This document shows positions 12,448-27,471 of a stretch of 64,000 nt of DNA, piece after piece (positions within the stretch are counted from its first letter, which is position 1; each line of letters opens with the position of its first letter). The position numbers and the translations under genes were made by a program. The notes below the pieces were generated by a model that made no database searches, had not been told where the DNA came from, and was given only the letters and a program-made list of their open reading frames with translations. Source of the DNA: Octopus vulgaris (Eukaryota); NCBI GenBank assembly GCA_951406725.2, contig OX597814.1, forward strand, positions 198,586,001-198,650,000. Direction: 5' to 3'.

Positions 12448-13975
12448 ACTGAATTTGATTCGTTCTCAGTCGAAAGACACCTGTTGTTATTTCTTGTTGT
12501 TTGTATTCGTAATTGTGTACCATGTTCTCCATTTTTTTTATTTGTTTGTTTTTTTTTGTACACATTCGCTAGCTTTCTTACAAAGGGGTCTAATGCTTAG
12601 ATTTTTGGGGGCAACTAGATCGAACAATCTCAAGTGTGATTGCCTGAAATGGTCGTGTCTTCTGGAACTTGACTGAGGAAAGAAAGCCACGAATGACCCG
12701 TCCTTTTTTGCCTGTCTTTCTAATTGTCGCTTCTCTTGTTCGCTTTTGTATCTTCTATCTGTCCGAATGTTTTAATGTCCTCTTGCGTTTTTGTTCCACA
12801 TATATATATATAACCTTAGAAGAGGTAAAATCTAAGCTATGATACATATGTAGCCCGGATTTTTCCTACTTGATTCTGTAACTCTTGTTTTCTTTTTCTC
12901 ACATTCGGCAACCGTGGTCGCCTACCGCGGAATATTAAGAACTTTTTTCTGTTCAACGTTTTTCGATAAAAAAAATCATACGCAACTTTCCGTCTCAACA
13001 AACCACTATTGTACCTGAAATTTGATTTTATATATTTACTACGGATTGTTCGAAGCTAACTGTCTTCCTACACCTTGATCCCTGGATTTTTTATTTATAT
13101 ATATTGTGTGTATGTGTGCGCGTGTTGCTCTTAGATTAAATTTTTGGAGCCAGCCAAGTTTGAACAGTCTCAAGTGTAACAGGTCGAAACTGCAATGATA
13201 ATTTGGAAACTTAACTGATGAATAGAAGGCCACGAATGATCCGCACTTGTTTTTTCCTATCTGTCTTTGTATCGTCTATCTGTCCGTATGTTTTTATCGT
13301 CGTCTGTAACGTTTATTCCATTTTTGGGATTTATATATACATATAGCGACGTACGTACACATTATGCTCACCTTGTAAGTATGTATCTAAATTCTGTGCG
13401 ACTTATTTACTCCTTCTTTTATTCCCCCTTATACTTTCTTCTTTCTTTCCGCTTTTCTTCTTCTCCTTCTCTCTCTCACATTTCTTGGCATTTTCTTTCT
13501 TTAATCTCTCTACTTTCCTTCGTTGTCTCCCATGTACATTTCTCTCTGTCATTTCCTCCTTCTCTCTCTCTCTTGCTCTCCAGTTCCTTCCCTAATACTT
13601 CAATTCCTCTGCCTGCTACCTCTCTCTTTTCCTTCCACGTGACCGGTGTTCGGCCAAGAATAATCTTTCTTTCTTGGTCCGACCACCACCTGTACAGCAC
13701 CTTACTTTCCTGTCTCCTGACTTTCATCTATGTTTGTGCTTCAAGGCTTTCACTCCACACGCCAGCTCAACTTGATTCGTCCTTATTAGGCGAAAGACAC
13801 CTGTTGTTATTCTCTTGTTTGTATTTGTAATCGCGTAAAATTTTCTTCGTTTTCTCATTTTGTTTTGTCTGTGTTGTCGTACACATTCGCTTGCTTTCTT
13901 TACAAAATGTAATGCTCTTAGCTTAGATTTTTGGGCCAGACAAGTTTGAATAGTCTCAAGTGTAACAGACCGTAT
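12448..13975 (+). repeat. Three partial copies of an unclassified interspersed repeat (12448-12790, 13130-13320, 13765-13975), possibly Penelope-related
   Basis: Shared blocks CGAAAGACACCTGTTGTTATT, GTACACATTCGCT, TCTCAAGTGT and GCCACGAATGA. Confidence 0.6.
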
Positions 13976-13979
13976 ACAA

Positions 13980-14028
<49 letters not shown>

Positions 14029-14462
14029 CACGCGTGTACACACGAAGGGGTGAGGAGAAGTTCCTGGCTTTGGGTAAAAGAAAATACAGCGTATTCCCCT
14101 CACGGATTCATACACTTATTACAGCAGCCCTTCAGTTTTTCTAAGCCCCGTAAAAGAACTCGGAAGGTGTATGTATAGACATATATAAATACACATATGA
14201 ACACACTCTCACGCAGTCACATATACGCATATATGCATGATCTATGCATATATGCGAGACACTATGTCTCGCATATATTACGAGACACTATGTAATGGTA
14301 ATAAATAAGGTTGGTAGAGACAGGGAATGCGATATTCCCTTGTTCACGCCTGTTCTACATTCATTGCAATAGTAAGGGTTGTGAAAAAACTCCGACGTGT
14401 GTTCGGTATAGAGACCATTCTTATTATAGAGATATGTATATGTATGTGCTTGTATATACACT

Positions 14463-14497
<35 letters not shown>

Positions 14498-14508
14498 ACA
14501 TACATATG

Positions 14509-14542
<34 letters not shown>

Positions 14543-15294
14543 TGTATGTATGTATGTATGTATGTATGTATGTATGTATGCATGAATGCATGCATGTTTG
14601 TATATATACATTTGTATGTATTTTGTTTTGGGATTTGGTTTGCAAGATTTTTTATATGAGTTCGTGTGTTGAAGCATATTCTGTTGTGTCTGGGGAGAGT
14701 CATTTTCTTTTTGTGCCTTATAATTTAACACACACACCGGTAAAATTTCCACTTTTTTCTTATTTTTATTTTCCTAAAATTTTCGTTAGTCTTGGCTCTG
14801 TCCGTTATTTACACTGCGTTCATATTTTACAAATACTGTTTCTCAAAATCCCGAACCTATAAGCCGGGGATTGATTATTTTTTATTGATCAGTACAGAAA
14901 TAAATTTAGCTAATATGCACGCCGCACACAAACACACGCACACAAGCGTGCACTTGCGCGCACACACACACACACATTAAATGCATGCATATACACGGAA
15001 ACACATAAACTGAAGATGTTTGTCACACACAAACAATCGATCGCACGCTGTTAAAAGTGCGGAGTCTTACCAGAAATCAAAGTAGGATATCGAATGATTA
15101 CGATGTAAAAATAAATAAATTATGAAAGGAAAATACTATTTTTTCCCGTCGGTGGTATATCACTTCCCACTACATTTGCATGTCTGTCGGTATAGCTATA
15201 TACCGCTCTATGTTTCCACTTTGCTGTGTGCCTGCGTGTATGATGCGTTTAGTAGTCTAATTTCATCCATTTGTTTAGACTGACTGTTTTTGTA

Positions 15295-15970
<676 letters not shown>

Positions 15971-16511
15971 GACATATAAGAAGGATGACCACTACGTGGA
16001 GATCCATATGCTAGAAGTAGATCCACTATGGTCTTACTACTAAGAAAGGAATGTTCTCAAGAAAATTTTAGCAAACGCCAGAATGTAAGCGAGCAAAATG
16101 AAAAGAAACACTGGTTTTAAATTGACACTAACCAAATTAATATTCAATTTTCACCCTTATTATTTTAAATATATATAGACAAGCACTTACAAAGACATAT
16201 ATCTATAATAGGAAGGGTCTCGGTATCGAATACTCGTTGGAGTTTTTTCACGTCCCTTACTAAGTGAATGAATGTAGAGCAGGCATGAACAAGGGAATAT
16301 ATACATTCCTGTCACAACCTGGGACTTTGAAGACTGCTTAAATGCAAGAAAGTATACTAGTCCCTCAATATTTGATATTCAATATTCATCTATTCAATAA
16401 GACAATCAATACTTCATTTCAATTTACTATATATACTATTTATACTATATATTCTATATCTTCCATTAATATTATAAGAATATAAATAAAACATAAAAAA
16501 CAGAGAGTTGG

Positions 16512-16569
<58 letters not shown>

Positions 16570-16929
16570 ATACACATGCATACTCGTTCTTACACATCAA
16601 TATGCATATATTTATTTTATGAAAGATTTTCTTAACAGCTATTAACTATTAAAAACATTTTGTTTTGTTTATGAAAAACACAACGCTACGAATCTTTTGG
16701 AAAGAAATTTCCGCATTGTGTATATTGCATGTCAGCGCTTTTGCTGTTCAGCTTGTCAAACACTGGACTAATCCATAAAGAGGAAGTTGTTTCTTTGTAA
16801 AGGTGCTGACAACTTCCATTTTAGTTTCGGATTTAGAATTCCTCTAAAGTATTTTTTTTTTGTCTTGCTTTTCGAAGTTTTTCGTTTTTTATTTTTATTT
16901 TAAAAGAAGGAAATATTTTGAATTATCTG

Positions 16930-17110
16930 TTTGCACAAATGTCAAATGCTCACAACATGGGACATTTCTAAGGGATATCCAACCACCCGGCTAATTGCAA
17001 CATCAGTGCTTTCCTGTATCAGCAATGACTGATTTTATCTTAGCATGCGATTGCCAGTGGGTGCATGCTGCTGACTGAAGCTCCAGACTGCAGAAGTGCA
17101 CACCTAGCCT
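16930..17110 (+). pseudogene. Decayed LRR and LRRCT remnant
   Basis: KCQMLTTWDISK (16937-16972) followed by LACDCQWV......KCTP (17040-17105), like LRRCT xxCDCxxxW...CxxP. Confidence 0.35.
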
Positions 17111-17282
17111 TCCTACCACTACTTCAAGACGATTTTCCTCCCTCTCTCTCTCTCTCTACACACACACACAAACACATACATATATATATCGTCACTATGA
17201 GAATATATAAATCACTTCTAGGGATAGTTTTATCTAAGTTACACTGGGTTAATATATTATATTTTGAAGATATATTTCTTCA

Positions 17283-17350
<68 letters not shown>

Positions 17351-17469
17351 TAAAATTTCAAATATTATCAAGTATTATTAATCATTATTAATTATGAAGT
17401 ATTATTAATAAATTAATTTATATCCATTAAATCTCTGAATTGTCGTACTTAAAAGTATTATATACATAT

Positions 17470-17700
17470 AGTGTGTGTGTGTATGTATTTGTGGGTCTGT
17501 TTGTGCCCACCACCATCACTTGACAACCGATGCTGGTGTGTTTACGTCCCCATAACTTAGCCGTTCGGAAAAAGAGACCGATAAAATAAGTACAAAGCTT
17601 ACAAAGAATAAGTCCTGCGATCGGTTTGTTCGACTAAAGGCGGTGCTCTAGCATGGCCGCAGTCAAGATGACTGAAACAAGTAAAAGAATAAAAGAATAT
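17470..17700 (+). mobile_element. SINE B 3' half
   Basis: CTTGACAACCGATGCTGG...GACTGAAACAAGTAAAAGAA. Confidence 0.85.
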
Positions 17701-18000
17701 ATGTATATATATATATTTATATATATATATATATATATATGAGCGCGCGTACACACACACCCATATATATATATGCATAATGCATATATATATATATATA
17801 TATATAGCTCTGTGATACTGCGAAGTTTGTTCCCAGCCACATACTTTCTGATTCAGTTCCAGTGTGCGGCACCTACGTTAAATGTCTTCTACTATAGCCT
17901 GGAGCAGACTAAAGCCTTTGTCGCAGTCAGATGAGTGAAACAAGAGAAAGCAAACATTCAGACGAAATGTGAATGGTTACAACCACGACTATTCCTCTGA

Positions 18001-18700
18001 ATAATAATAATAATGAAATTATTGTATACAGTGCTCAGGTGCACCACAACTTGTTAAAAGTGCGTATAAAGCATATGCAGTAATGTGCAAATGTCTGGAA
18101 AGCGAACTGTGTATGAGTCAGATACATGCTTGCGTGTGTATGGAGGGGAGAAAATCAGGTGTAGTGTTGGCGAATCTCAGGAAGCATGGAAGTTTTGAAG
18201 GATCCAGTGATCTGACAACTAACAACTGCTGCCGGCAGTCTGTTCCATACTTCAGCAACTCTTCGTGCGAAAAAATGCTTCCGAAAGTCATGGGAGCTGT
18301 GCTGTTTTCTGACTTTGTAAACATGTCCACGGGTGTTAGACAGGTGGAGTTTGAAAAGATGCTCAGAGTTATTTTTTGTAAGATGGTTAATAATTTTATG
18401 GGTGTCTGCCAAGTCAGCTGCTAGACGTCGGAGTTTCAATGTATCCATGCCCAGGGAAGTAAGGCGTTCAGAATATGGCAAATGCCTGATGGAGGGTACT
18501 CTCTTGGTTGCACGTCGCTGAACGGTTTCCAGACAATTGATATCCTGGGCAAGATAGGGGTTCCAGGCCGTTGATGCAAATTCCAGGTGAGGCCGCACCA
18601 TAGCTATATAAAACCTCAGATAGATAGTCGGAGAGCGGCTCACAAAGGACTTAGTAAGTGATGCCAAGACACCCTTAGCCTTCTTGGCAATTTTAAAGCA
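18001..18700 (-). mobile_element. 5'-truncated CR1-group LINE (ORF2 C-terminus, 3' UTR, (TTA)n tail)
   Basis: ORF 18155-18712: VRPHLEFASTAWNP..LETVQRRATK..YSERL..RR..DL..TRGH..FF..RV..WN.LP, a typical CR1 ORF2 end. Confidence 0.92.
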
Positions 18701-19024
18701 GCCGTGGGCCAAGTTGTGGTCCGGCCCGTCTTAGTTGCAATATGGGCCTCCGAGAAAATGAGTCCACAGAGCCGCATCGTATTTATCCAATGGCAACAAG
18801 CCACTATATAGATTTGTAAGCGCTCCCCAAGCAACAGCTCAAGTTGTCCTTGCTTTAAGATGGCACTAATGGTGGTGTTAAACCGTTTGCCGGATGAAAT
18901 CTAACACGCTAGTAACAGGAACTGCCTCTATAACGAGTTTGTGTTTGCTAAATGTTTCTCAAAAATAATCTTTTAACTGGTTGTTATTCTGTTACTCTAT
19001 TATCGGTTTCAGGCAGATAATATA

Positions 19025-19172
19025 TTATTTCTTTATTGCCCACAGGGGGCTAAACATACAGGGGACAAACAAGTACAGACGAGGGGATCAAGTCGATTAC
19101 ATTGACCCCAGTGCGTAACTGGTACTTATTTAATCGACCCTGAAACGATGAAAGACAAAGTCGACCTCGGCG
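19025..19172 (-). mobile_element. SINE A (A1 tail), 5'-truncated
   Basis: TTTCTTTATTGCCCACAGGGGGCTAAACAT...AAAGTCGACCTCGGCG. Confidence 0.85.
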
Positions 19173-19699
19173 TAAGCCAAATAGTATATATGTGTGTACA
19201 CACCCGCACACACACTTGCGCATATACAGGGTTGGTTCAAGCCACTCGACAGTCAAAATTCCATAAATACTTACTCGTAATATTCAATTTTATTTATTCA
19301 TTCCAATTACGAATGTTTGATAATTGAATGCTGTGAGTTGAAATAACCGCTTTTTCGACATTTGTCTGTTTATGAGCAAAGTCTCTTATAATATAATCTT
19401 TTGCTTTAATTTTGATATTAAATGGTTTTGGTTTACTGTCAGGTGACTTTTGGCCAACTCTGTATATTTATACATATTAAAACGAATACGCACATAAACA
19501 CACATACATATATAACTTGCTTGCGTAGTTTCTTCAAACAAATTCCACTCATGAAGGGCAGTGCTGAAACCGGTGACAAAAGAAGACACTCGACCACAGA
19601 GGCGTACAGTAGGATAAGATTTAGAACTACATGACTGTAGAGTGATCTTCTTAACCATACAACACTATCAGTGACCACACGAAGAAAACATCGGCTTCA

Positions 19700-20137
19700 A
19701 ATTTTGACACAAGGTCTGTTGTTTTCTGAAGTGTAATTCGATTACATCGACCCAGTGTTTAACTGGTACTTATTTGATCGAGAAGGCGGAGAGCTGGCAG
19801 AAACGTTAGCGTGCTGGGCGAAATGCTTAGCGATATTTCGTCTGCCGTTATGTTCTGAGTTCAAATTCCGCCGTGATCGACTTTGCCTTTCTTCCTTTCG
19901 GGGTCGATAAATCAAGTACCAGTTACGCACTGGGGTCGATGTAATCGACTTAATTCCTTTGTCTGTTCTTGTTTGTCCCCTCTATGTTTAGCTCCTTGCG
20001 GGCAATAAAGAAATATATTTGATCGACTCCGAAAAGCTGAAAAGCTAAATCGACTTCGGCGGAATTCGAACTTCGAACATCAAGACAGACGAAATGCCGT
20101 TAAGCGTTTTCCTTCAGGCGTGCTAAGGATTCTGCCT
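19700..20137. mobile_element. Nested SINE A: full + copy (19782-20015) inserted in an older - copy
   Basis: 11-bp TSD TATTTGATCGA at 19771-19781 and 20016-20026 inside the core of the older copy. Confidence 0.88.
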
Positions 20138-20426
20138 CATAAAGAAAATATTGTTTTGAAATCCAGCATCTTTGATTTGTAGTGGAATAGTCAACAAACA
20201 AAGAATTTTTCATTTGCCAAAGAAATATCATTGAAAGACACCACACTCTTAACAAGTCCGTTTATCATTGTTACGAACTATTTTCAATATCACCATATTA
20301 AATATGCTTACAGTGTATGATCTTCGCTACAATCTCTCTGTCACACCAAGTAAAAAGACGTTTATAGTGAATTTCTGTCTGCCTGTTTCTGCTCTCTGTC
20401 TGCCTCTCTGTCTGCCTCTCTGTCTG

Positions 20427-20507
<81 letters not shown>

Positions 20508-21074
20508 GCCTTCCTTCTTTTTCTTTCTTTCTTTCTTTCTGTCTTTCTTTCTCTTTCCCTACCTCTCTCTCTTTCTTTATTTATATCTTTCTTTCTCCCC
20601 CTCTCTCTCTCCTTTTACGTGCCATATCTACAAGCGTCGCTGATAATGGACTTCCAACTCCAAGTTTGAATATTCCTGACTTTTCTTGGAAAAGATAGAA
20701 TACTGCTTTCCTGTTGCCTTCGGATTTCTTTACAGTTTACTGCCACAAATCTGAGTCACATTCTCTTCCACATTCTCTACAGAGCTTAAAGGACCGGTTC
20801 ACGAGACACCAGGGCATACCAACACATTAATGGGTCTGTCCTGGGGCCAGACTGCTTCCAAGCCCTGTATACCTTAGTCGCAGGCCCATCTTCTGCCATG
20901 GAACTTGTAACTAGGACCCTTGACAGGTATTACACTCGGGCCAGAGCGGACCTATGAGTCGTAGGTATATTCTCCAAAACTCCCGAACAGGGGTTCTTGT
21001 TGCCCCCTTTGATCCCTGTTCTCTACTGGACCGCCATAAGCACTGGCTCTATCTCTCTGTCCATCCATCCATCC

Positions 21075-21156
<82 letters not shown>

Positions 21157-21188
21157 TTAATATTTAATTTTTGTAATTAAATATTATT

Positions 21189-21351
21189 AGGCGCAGGAGT
21201 GGCTGTGTGGTAAGAAGCTTACTTCCCAACCACATAGTTCCGGGTTCAGCTCCACTGCGTGGCACCTTGGGCAAATGTCTTCTACTACAGCATCGGGCCG
21301 ACCAAAGCCTTGTGAGTGGGTTTGGTAGATGGAAATTGAAAGAAACCCGTC

Positions 21352-21430
<79 letters not shown>

Positions 21431-21622
21431 TACCTCTACCATCGTTTGACAATCGATGTTGTTGTGTTTATGTAGCTGTGACTTAGCAGTTCGGCAAAAG
21501 TTACCGATAGAATACGTTCTAGGCTTACAAAGAATACGTTCTGAGGTCGATTTGTTCGACTAAAAGGCACTGTTCCAGCATAACCGCAGTCAAATGACTG
21601 AAGCAAGTAAAAGAGTAAAAGA
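21189..21622 (+). mobile_element. SINE group B, full length
   Basis: Complete head-to-tail match to the B unit. Confidence 0.92.
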
Positions 21623-21673
21623 GGAATTGTATTAAAAAATTATGTCGTAGAAGTATAAGCAATTTATTGTTTA

Positions 21674-22070
21674 CTAGCAGTATCGCCCGGCGTTGCTCAG
21701 GTTTGCTTTCTTTTCGACCCTTTAGAATTGGAATTTTTGAAAAGTAAACATTTTGCATTATGTAGCTTGTTATTCTCTTTAAGTGAACATTTTTCTGGTT
21801 GAAATACACCGAAAAATGGCGATACAGCAGTCAAAAATCGAAAAAAATAGGGATTTTCATAGAAAAAAAGCACCTTTTTGATGTAAATAAGTTTTGGTGT
21901 TAACATGGTCTGATTTGAATTTTTTCTTCTACGGAACGACGAGCAAGCCTTCTTCTATCATACTCTCAATTTTGGTCAACTTGTGCCGCAGGGTCTCGGA
22001 GGAGATAGTGTTAGTTGAAGGCTACCAAACCTGCCATACACAGACAACTTCAGCTTTATATATAGAGAGA
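21674..22070 (-). mobile_element. Non-autonomous Helitron, family H2
   Basis: Minus strand starts TC and ends CTAG, inserted between A and T, subterminal GC-rich hairpin (GAGCAACGCCGGGCG); second copy at 59823-60212. Confidence 0.85.
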
Positions 22071-22619
22071 TAAATTTTAACAGCATGTGATTATATGGAG
22101 TTGCAAGGGCCCTATGGAACCTGGTTGGAAACCACTGATTTATAATAAAGCCCAGGACTTTGTAATGATTAAGAACCTAAATTTGCTAATGATGTTTCAA
22201 TTAAGCGTTTCAATATCAAACCAGTATATATAAATATGTAAATTATATCGGCAACGTTATAAAATATATAAGATTTAGAAAGAAAAGAAAGCAGACGATA
22301 TAAGAAAGCAGACGATATAAAAACAGACGATAAAATATAAAAGTAAAGAAAACACGAAGTTAAAGAAGCGAAATAAATTACCTCAACAAAAGAAGTAGAA
22401 AAACTAAAAGAAAAAAAATGAGGAACCAAACATAAACAAACAAACAAACAAGATGTAATGATTGATTGCAGAAAGTTTTAGCAGTTCGCCAAAAATCAGA
22501 ATCGTTTGAACTAAATATATAAACTATATAAATCAACATGGTTTGGCAGATCAGTGCAAGGTCGGACAGACTACTTTGTGGTGTTCTGTTACGTCGTGTA
22601 GTTTAATACTAGCAAGCAT

Positions 22620-23237
22620 CAGCACCGACACCGGCACCAACACCATCTTCATCACCACCTTTTACTTCCACCCAAGCATCACCACCATCGATGGTACCAC
22701 CGTCACCGCTACCTTCATCTCCATCTCCCTCTTTCCACCACCAGCCACATCACCAACATCACCAACACCACCATCACTAACATCACTAATGCCGGAATTA
22801 TCTCCACCACCACCACCACCACCACCGCCATCACCAACACTACCACCACCGCCACCGCCACCCCCACCACCAATAGAACCATTTTTATCCCCATCTCTTC
22901 CGCCACCATCAAAATCACCAGCATCCCCATCACACGCGCCGCTAATATCAACACCAGCAACATTTTCATCTCCACATCTACCACCATCACCACCACCACC
23001 ACCACCACCACACACCACCACCACCACCACCATCTCATCCTTACCATCGCCACCATTACGAGTATCACTATCAACTAGTCCGCTATCGCCGCCGCCGTCG
23101 CCGCCACCACCACCAATGCCGCCATCGCCGCTGTCACCACCAACACCACCACCACTACAACTACCACCATCACCACCACTACTATTAGCACCACCACCAC
23201 CACCACCACTACTACTATTAGCACCACCACCACCACC
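22620..23237. repeat. Degenerate (CCA/CCG/TCA)n trinucleotide low-complexity tract
   Basis: Directly visible; long ORFs on both strands. Confidence 0.9.
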
Positions 23238-24393
23238 TGCTTTTTGTGTGCTTTTAGCCAAGACCACTATGTTTTAACCATTCGCCCCAGGTTTCTGTTC
23301 TGAAAACACACAGGTCCTACATCGCGAAAGTCAGGGGCGTTGCTGTTTCTCTTCTGAAGTATAAAAAAAAAGAAAGTCGACTCAGCCTATTGTCCTTTCA
23401 AGGTTGCAGCAGCGCAGAAGGCATTTACTGTGGAGGTGGTGCTCCAGCATGGCTACAGTTGAACGACTTAAAAAACAGAAAAATGATAAAATAATTAGAA
23501 TTCAAATATTAAATAATTTATGTATTGCTGATTCGTGTAGTAGTGAAAATAGAAGTAAAAATAACCAGATTTCATGACCAGGAAAATGAAAGCCATACAG
23601 ATAAATTGTATCGGATTGCACAAATGAATAACGCGCCGTTAAAAATAAAATTGAAAATAAAGTGAACTAAACATAAAGCAGCGAATTAATGCTGGATTCT
23701 TTCTCTCTGCGTTTCTATTTTGGAAGTATCAGTTGTCTATCTGGAAGATCAATATGAATATTTTCCACCCTAAGTTCTCGTGTGTCTGTTTGATATATGC
23801 TGATCCACAATATCACACGGCAGAACAGAACAGAATAACACAATGGCGTATCTACTATGAACAACTGAGGTATTAAGCTATCAAATAGGAAAAAACCAAT
23901 AACAAAAAAAAACTTGGATTAATCACGCCGCAAACGACAGACAACGAAATCAATGCAGAGACGAGTTATACGAAGCAAGCCACAAGGAAAAACCAAATAA
24001 AGCTCACATACATGGCGCTGTAAAAAGCATTATAATATTGTCAAGCTGTCAGTGTTAGTAATGTGTCTTTTGGTTTATATGGTTATATTATTTACAACAT
24101 TTTATGGAGAATAAATATTCATTTATTGAATTAGAAAACCTTTGTCCATATTGCGATATCCCATGTGTATATATGTATCTACATAGGTGGATATGTGCAT
24201 ATATTACTCATAAATGATGCAACTTGTATGCTTACACATACATAAAAAAGTAAATACACAGAGAAATACAGTACACAGAAATATATTTCCACCGTGTTCA
24301 CATTCATATATGCATGCACACACATTAAAACGGCCAGTAAATTAAACGTTAATCCGTCATATATAATTGCCTGGGTTGCAAGAGGAAAATGTT

Positions 24394-24788
24394 CTTATTT
24401 CTTTATTGCTCACAAGGGGCTAAACATAGAGGGGACAAACAAGGACAGACAAACGGATTAAGTCGATTACATCGACCCCAGTGCGTAACTGGTACTTATT
24501 TAATCGACCCCGAAAGGATGAAAGGCAAAGTCGACCTCGGCGGAATTTGAACTCAGAACGTAGTGGCAGACGAAATACCGCTAAGCATTTCGCCCGGCGT
24601 GCTAACGTTTCTGCCACAGGCAATGAATGGTGGACCCCAGTGCGTAATTGGTACTTAATTTATAGACCCCGAAAGGATGAAAGGTAAAGTCGACTTCGGC
24701 GGAATTTGAACTCGGAACGTAACGACAGACGAAATACAGCTACGCATTTCGCCCGGCGTGCTAACGTTTCTGCCAGCTCGCCACCTTA
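24394..24788 (-). mobile_element. SINE A tandem dimer (head-core / head-core-A1 tail)
   Basis: Two near-identical head and core units (24470-24615, 24634-24788) joined by a short linker. Confidence 0.9.
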
Positions 24789-25010
24789 TGGGAAACATTA
24801 AATAGTTCTCAATACGCAATGGCAGAGAAACAGACAAGATAGTCACGTTTGGAAAGCATTTGATCTTGTGTCTTTTCATTAAGTTCGAATCTGGGTTATA
24901 AATAATGACGTTCGTCATACAATTATACTTGTAGCTGAAGTCTAAATGATTCTGTAGTAAATATTGTGTAAATAGTATGAATAGCTACAATATGCTTGTT
25001 TTGCTTGTTA

Positions 25011-25155
25011 TTTCCTGGCTTCAAACTTTTAGTATTAATCCTTATCGATTATAATGAGATTGAGCATAGTAAAAATGTTCCTTCTAAAAGGATTATATCT
25101 TAATCATTTCTAATCACATTTAGCTTAGACTTGCAAGTTTTGCATTTGAGTTTAA
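25011..25155 (+). pseudogene. Decayed LRR remnant (three consecutive LRR cores)
   Basis: FPGFKLLVLILIDYNEIEH (25011-25067), LLKGLYLNH (25081-25107), DLQVLHLS (25128-25151). Confidence 0.45.
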
Positions 25156-25612
25156 CTATGAATAGCAAATATAACATAATAAGAGCATGTTTTTAATTCT
25201 ATGACAAAACTCGAGGACAACATCAAAAAGCTTATGGTAAATCTCATTTGCATTGTATAGGTGTGTTGTTAAGATGTTCTTTTCGTAACATGGTGGTTTC
25301 GCTTTCAATCCCTTTGAACCGCATTTTATGTAAAAGATTTTTTTTTCTCTATGGCATCGGGTTGCACAAAGCTTTGTAAGTAAAAGCTGACAGATAGGCG
25401 CAGTTTGTGTGTGTGTGTCTTTGTTATGCCGCCACTGCTTGACAACCGGCGTTGGCTCGTTTACATTCTTGTAGCATAGCGGTTTGACAGAAGAGAGCAA
25501 TGGAAAAAGTACTAGACATAAAATAAAGAACTGAGATCGATTTGTTTGACTAAAAACCTTCAAGGTAGTACTCCAGCATGGCCGTAGACCAATGACTGAA
25601 GCAAGTAAAAGA

Positions 25613-25916
25613 TATGTGTATGTGTGCATGTGTACACACGCACGCACGTATGTATGTACGTGCTTGCGTATGTATGTATGTATATATGTGTATGTATGTA
25701 TATATGTATCTATGTATGTGCGTGTATGTATGTATGTATGTATGTGCGTGTGTGTATGTATGTATGTATGTGTGTGTATATATGTAAGTATGTATGTATG
25801 TGTGTGTATATATATGTATGTATGTATGTATGTATATATGTATGTGTGTGTATATATATGTATGTATGTATGTGTGTGTATATATGTAAGTATGTATGTA
25901 TGTATGTGTGTATATA

Positions 25917-25949
<33 letters not shown>

Positions 25950-26056
25950 ATATGTATGTATGTATGTGTATATATATGTATGTATGTATGTATGTGTATA
26001 TATGTAAGTATGTATGTATATATGTATGTATGTATGTATGTATATATGTATGTATG

Positions 26057-26090
<34 letters not shown>

Positions 26091-26190
26091 TGTATGTATG
26101 TATGTATGTATGTATGTATATGTGTATGTATGTATGTACGTACGTACGTACGTATGTATGTATGTATGTATGTATGTATGTGTGTGTACC
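25613..26190. repeat. (TATG)n compound microsatellite
   Basis: Directly visible. Confidence 0.97.
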
Positions 26191-26894
26191 CGCACAGACA
26201 TACACAAAGAACAGAACAGAAATACGGAGGACACTAGAGGTGAGCTTGAGAAATGTGTCTGTGGTGGACAGCAGCAGAAATAATGAAATACGAGTCGCAT
26301 ATATTGATACGTAGAGAAACAGAGTCTCCGATAGCTAGAAAGATAGACAGACTGACAGTCTGAACGTTGTCTGACACTCTCATTACCCATTAATTTTTAG
26401 TCCAGTAATCTTTTCCCGGCTGTCATTTTGGTGAGAGCGGAAAATAATAATTAACGCTTTATTTAGAACACAATGCAACACAGACCAGTTATCTTAAATA
26501 GAGCGACTGGTAATCTAAGAACTTAATTTACTGAACGAGATTTGTGCATCGTCTCAGCTTGCGGAAAGTGTGATAGGCTGCGATGTGTAAATGTTTCTAA
26601 GAAACTTGACTAATTCTAAAACAAAAAAAAAAAACAAAAAAAAAACCCAAGTGCCAGAATAAAGTATTTATTTGCTTTGTAAATCTTGCGTTTTAATTAA
26701 GACGAATATAAATATTTAACGCCAGTTTAGCTAGCTGTAATAGCATGGCAGCATGTTAAACGAAAGATATCGGTCGGCAGACAGTTCGGAAATTAGCAAG
26801 CCAGCCTAATATTAGTAATCTTATTAATTATTTAGTAGTAGCAAATCGTATGGGAGGGAAAAGACTCCGCTTTTAAATTTTGGTTTATAATGAT

Positions 26895-27068
26895 AGGCGC
26901 ATGTGTGACAATGTGTTTGGGTGATAAGAAGCTTGCTTCTTAACCTCGATGGTTTCAGATTCAGTCTTACTGCGTGGCATCTTGGGCAGGTGTGTCCTAC
27001 TATAGCCTCAGGCTGCCCAAAGTTTTCTGAGTGGATTTAGTAGACAGAAACTGAAAGAAGCCCGTCGT
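26895..27068 (+). mobile_element. SINE B 5' half
   Basis: Head through GAAACTGAAAGAAGCCCGTCG, then interrupted by a Helitron. Confidence 0.8.
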
Positions 27069-27071
27069 ATA

Positions 27072-27468
27072 TCTTTATATATAAAAGTGAAGTTGTGTGT
27101 CTGTCTCCTACGATTTAGATTCCTAACTATTCCCACATTTTGCGGTGCAGTTTAACCAAAACCGGGTATCTTATAGTCGTGATTCATATCGAGCCCTTCT
27201 GGGTATTAGCGCGCGTCTACGATGAGTCTACGATTTAAAAAAAAATTACCATAATTTTTTTCCATTTTAATGCATTTTTTTCGCTATTACATAAGAGAAG
27301 TAACTCTCTTAAAATGTCTACGATGAGTCAACGATTTAAAAAAAATTTACCATAATTTCTTTTCCATTTTTAATGCATTTTTTTGCTATTTTTGGGCTAT
27401 AACTCTCTAAAAATGCTTATATAGTTATTTCCCTTACAAACCCGAGCAACGCCGGGCGATACTGCTAG
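27072..27468 (+). mobile_element. Non-autonomous Helitron, family H1
   Basis: A|TC...CCCGAGCAACGCCGGGCGATACTGCTAG|T; internal duplication; near-identical copy ending at 62820. Confidence 0.88.
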
Positions 27469-27471
27469 TAA

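Noticed and set aside
15237-15260. VYDAFSS resembling TIR box 1
   Set aside because: A four-residue match is plausible by chance in 64 kb; no downstream TIR motifs before the microsatellite.
22543-23277. 244-aa proline-rich (extensin/formin-like) ORF
   Set aside because: Degenerate CCA repeat, open on both strands, TTG start, no splice or domain evidence.
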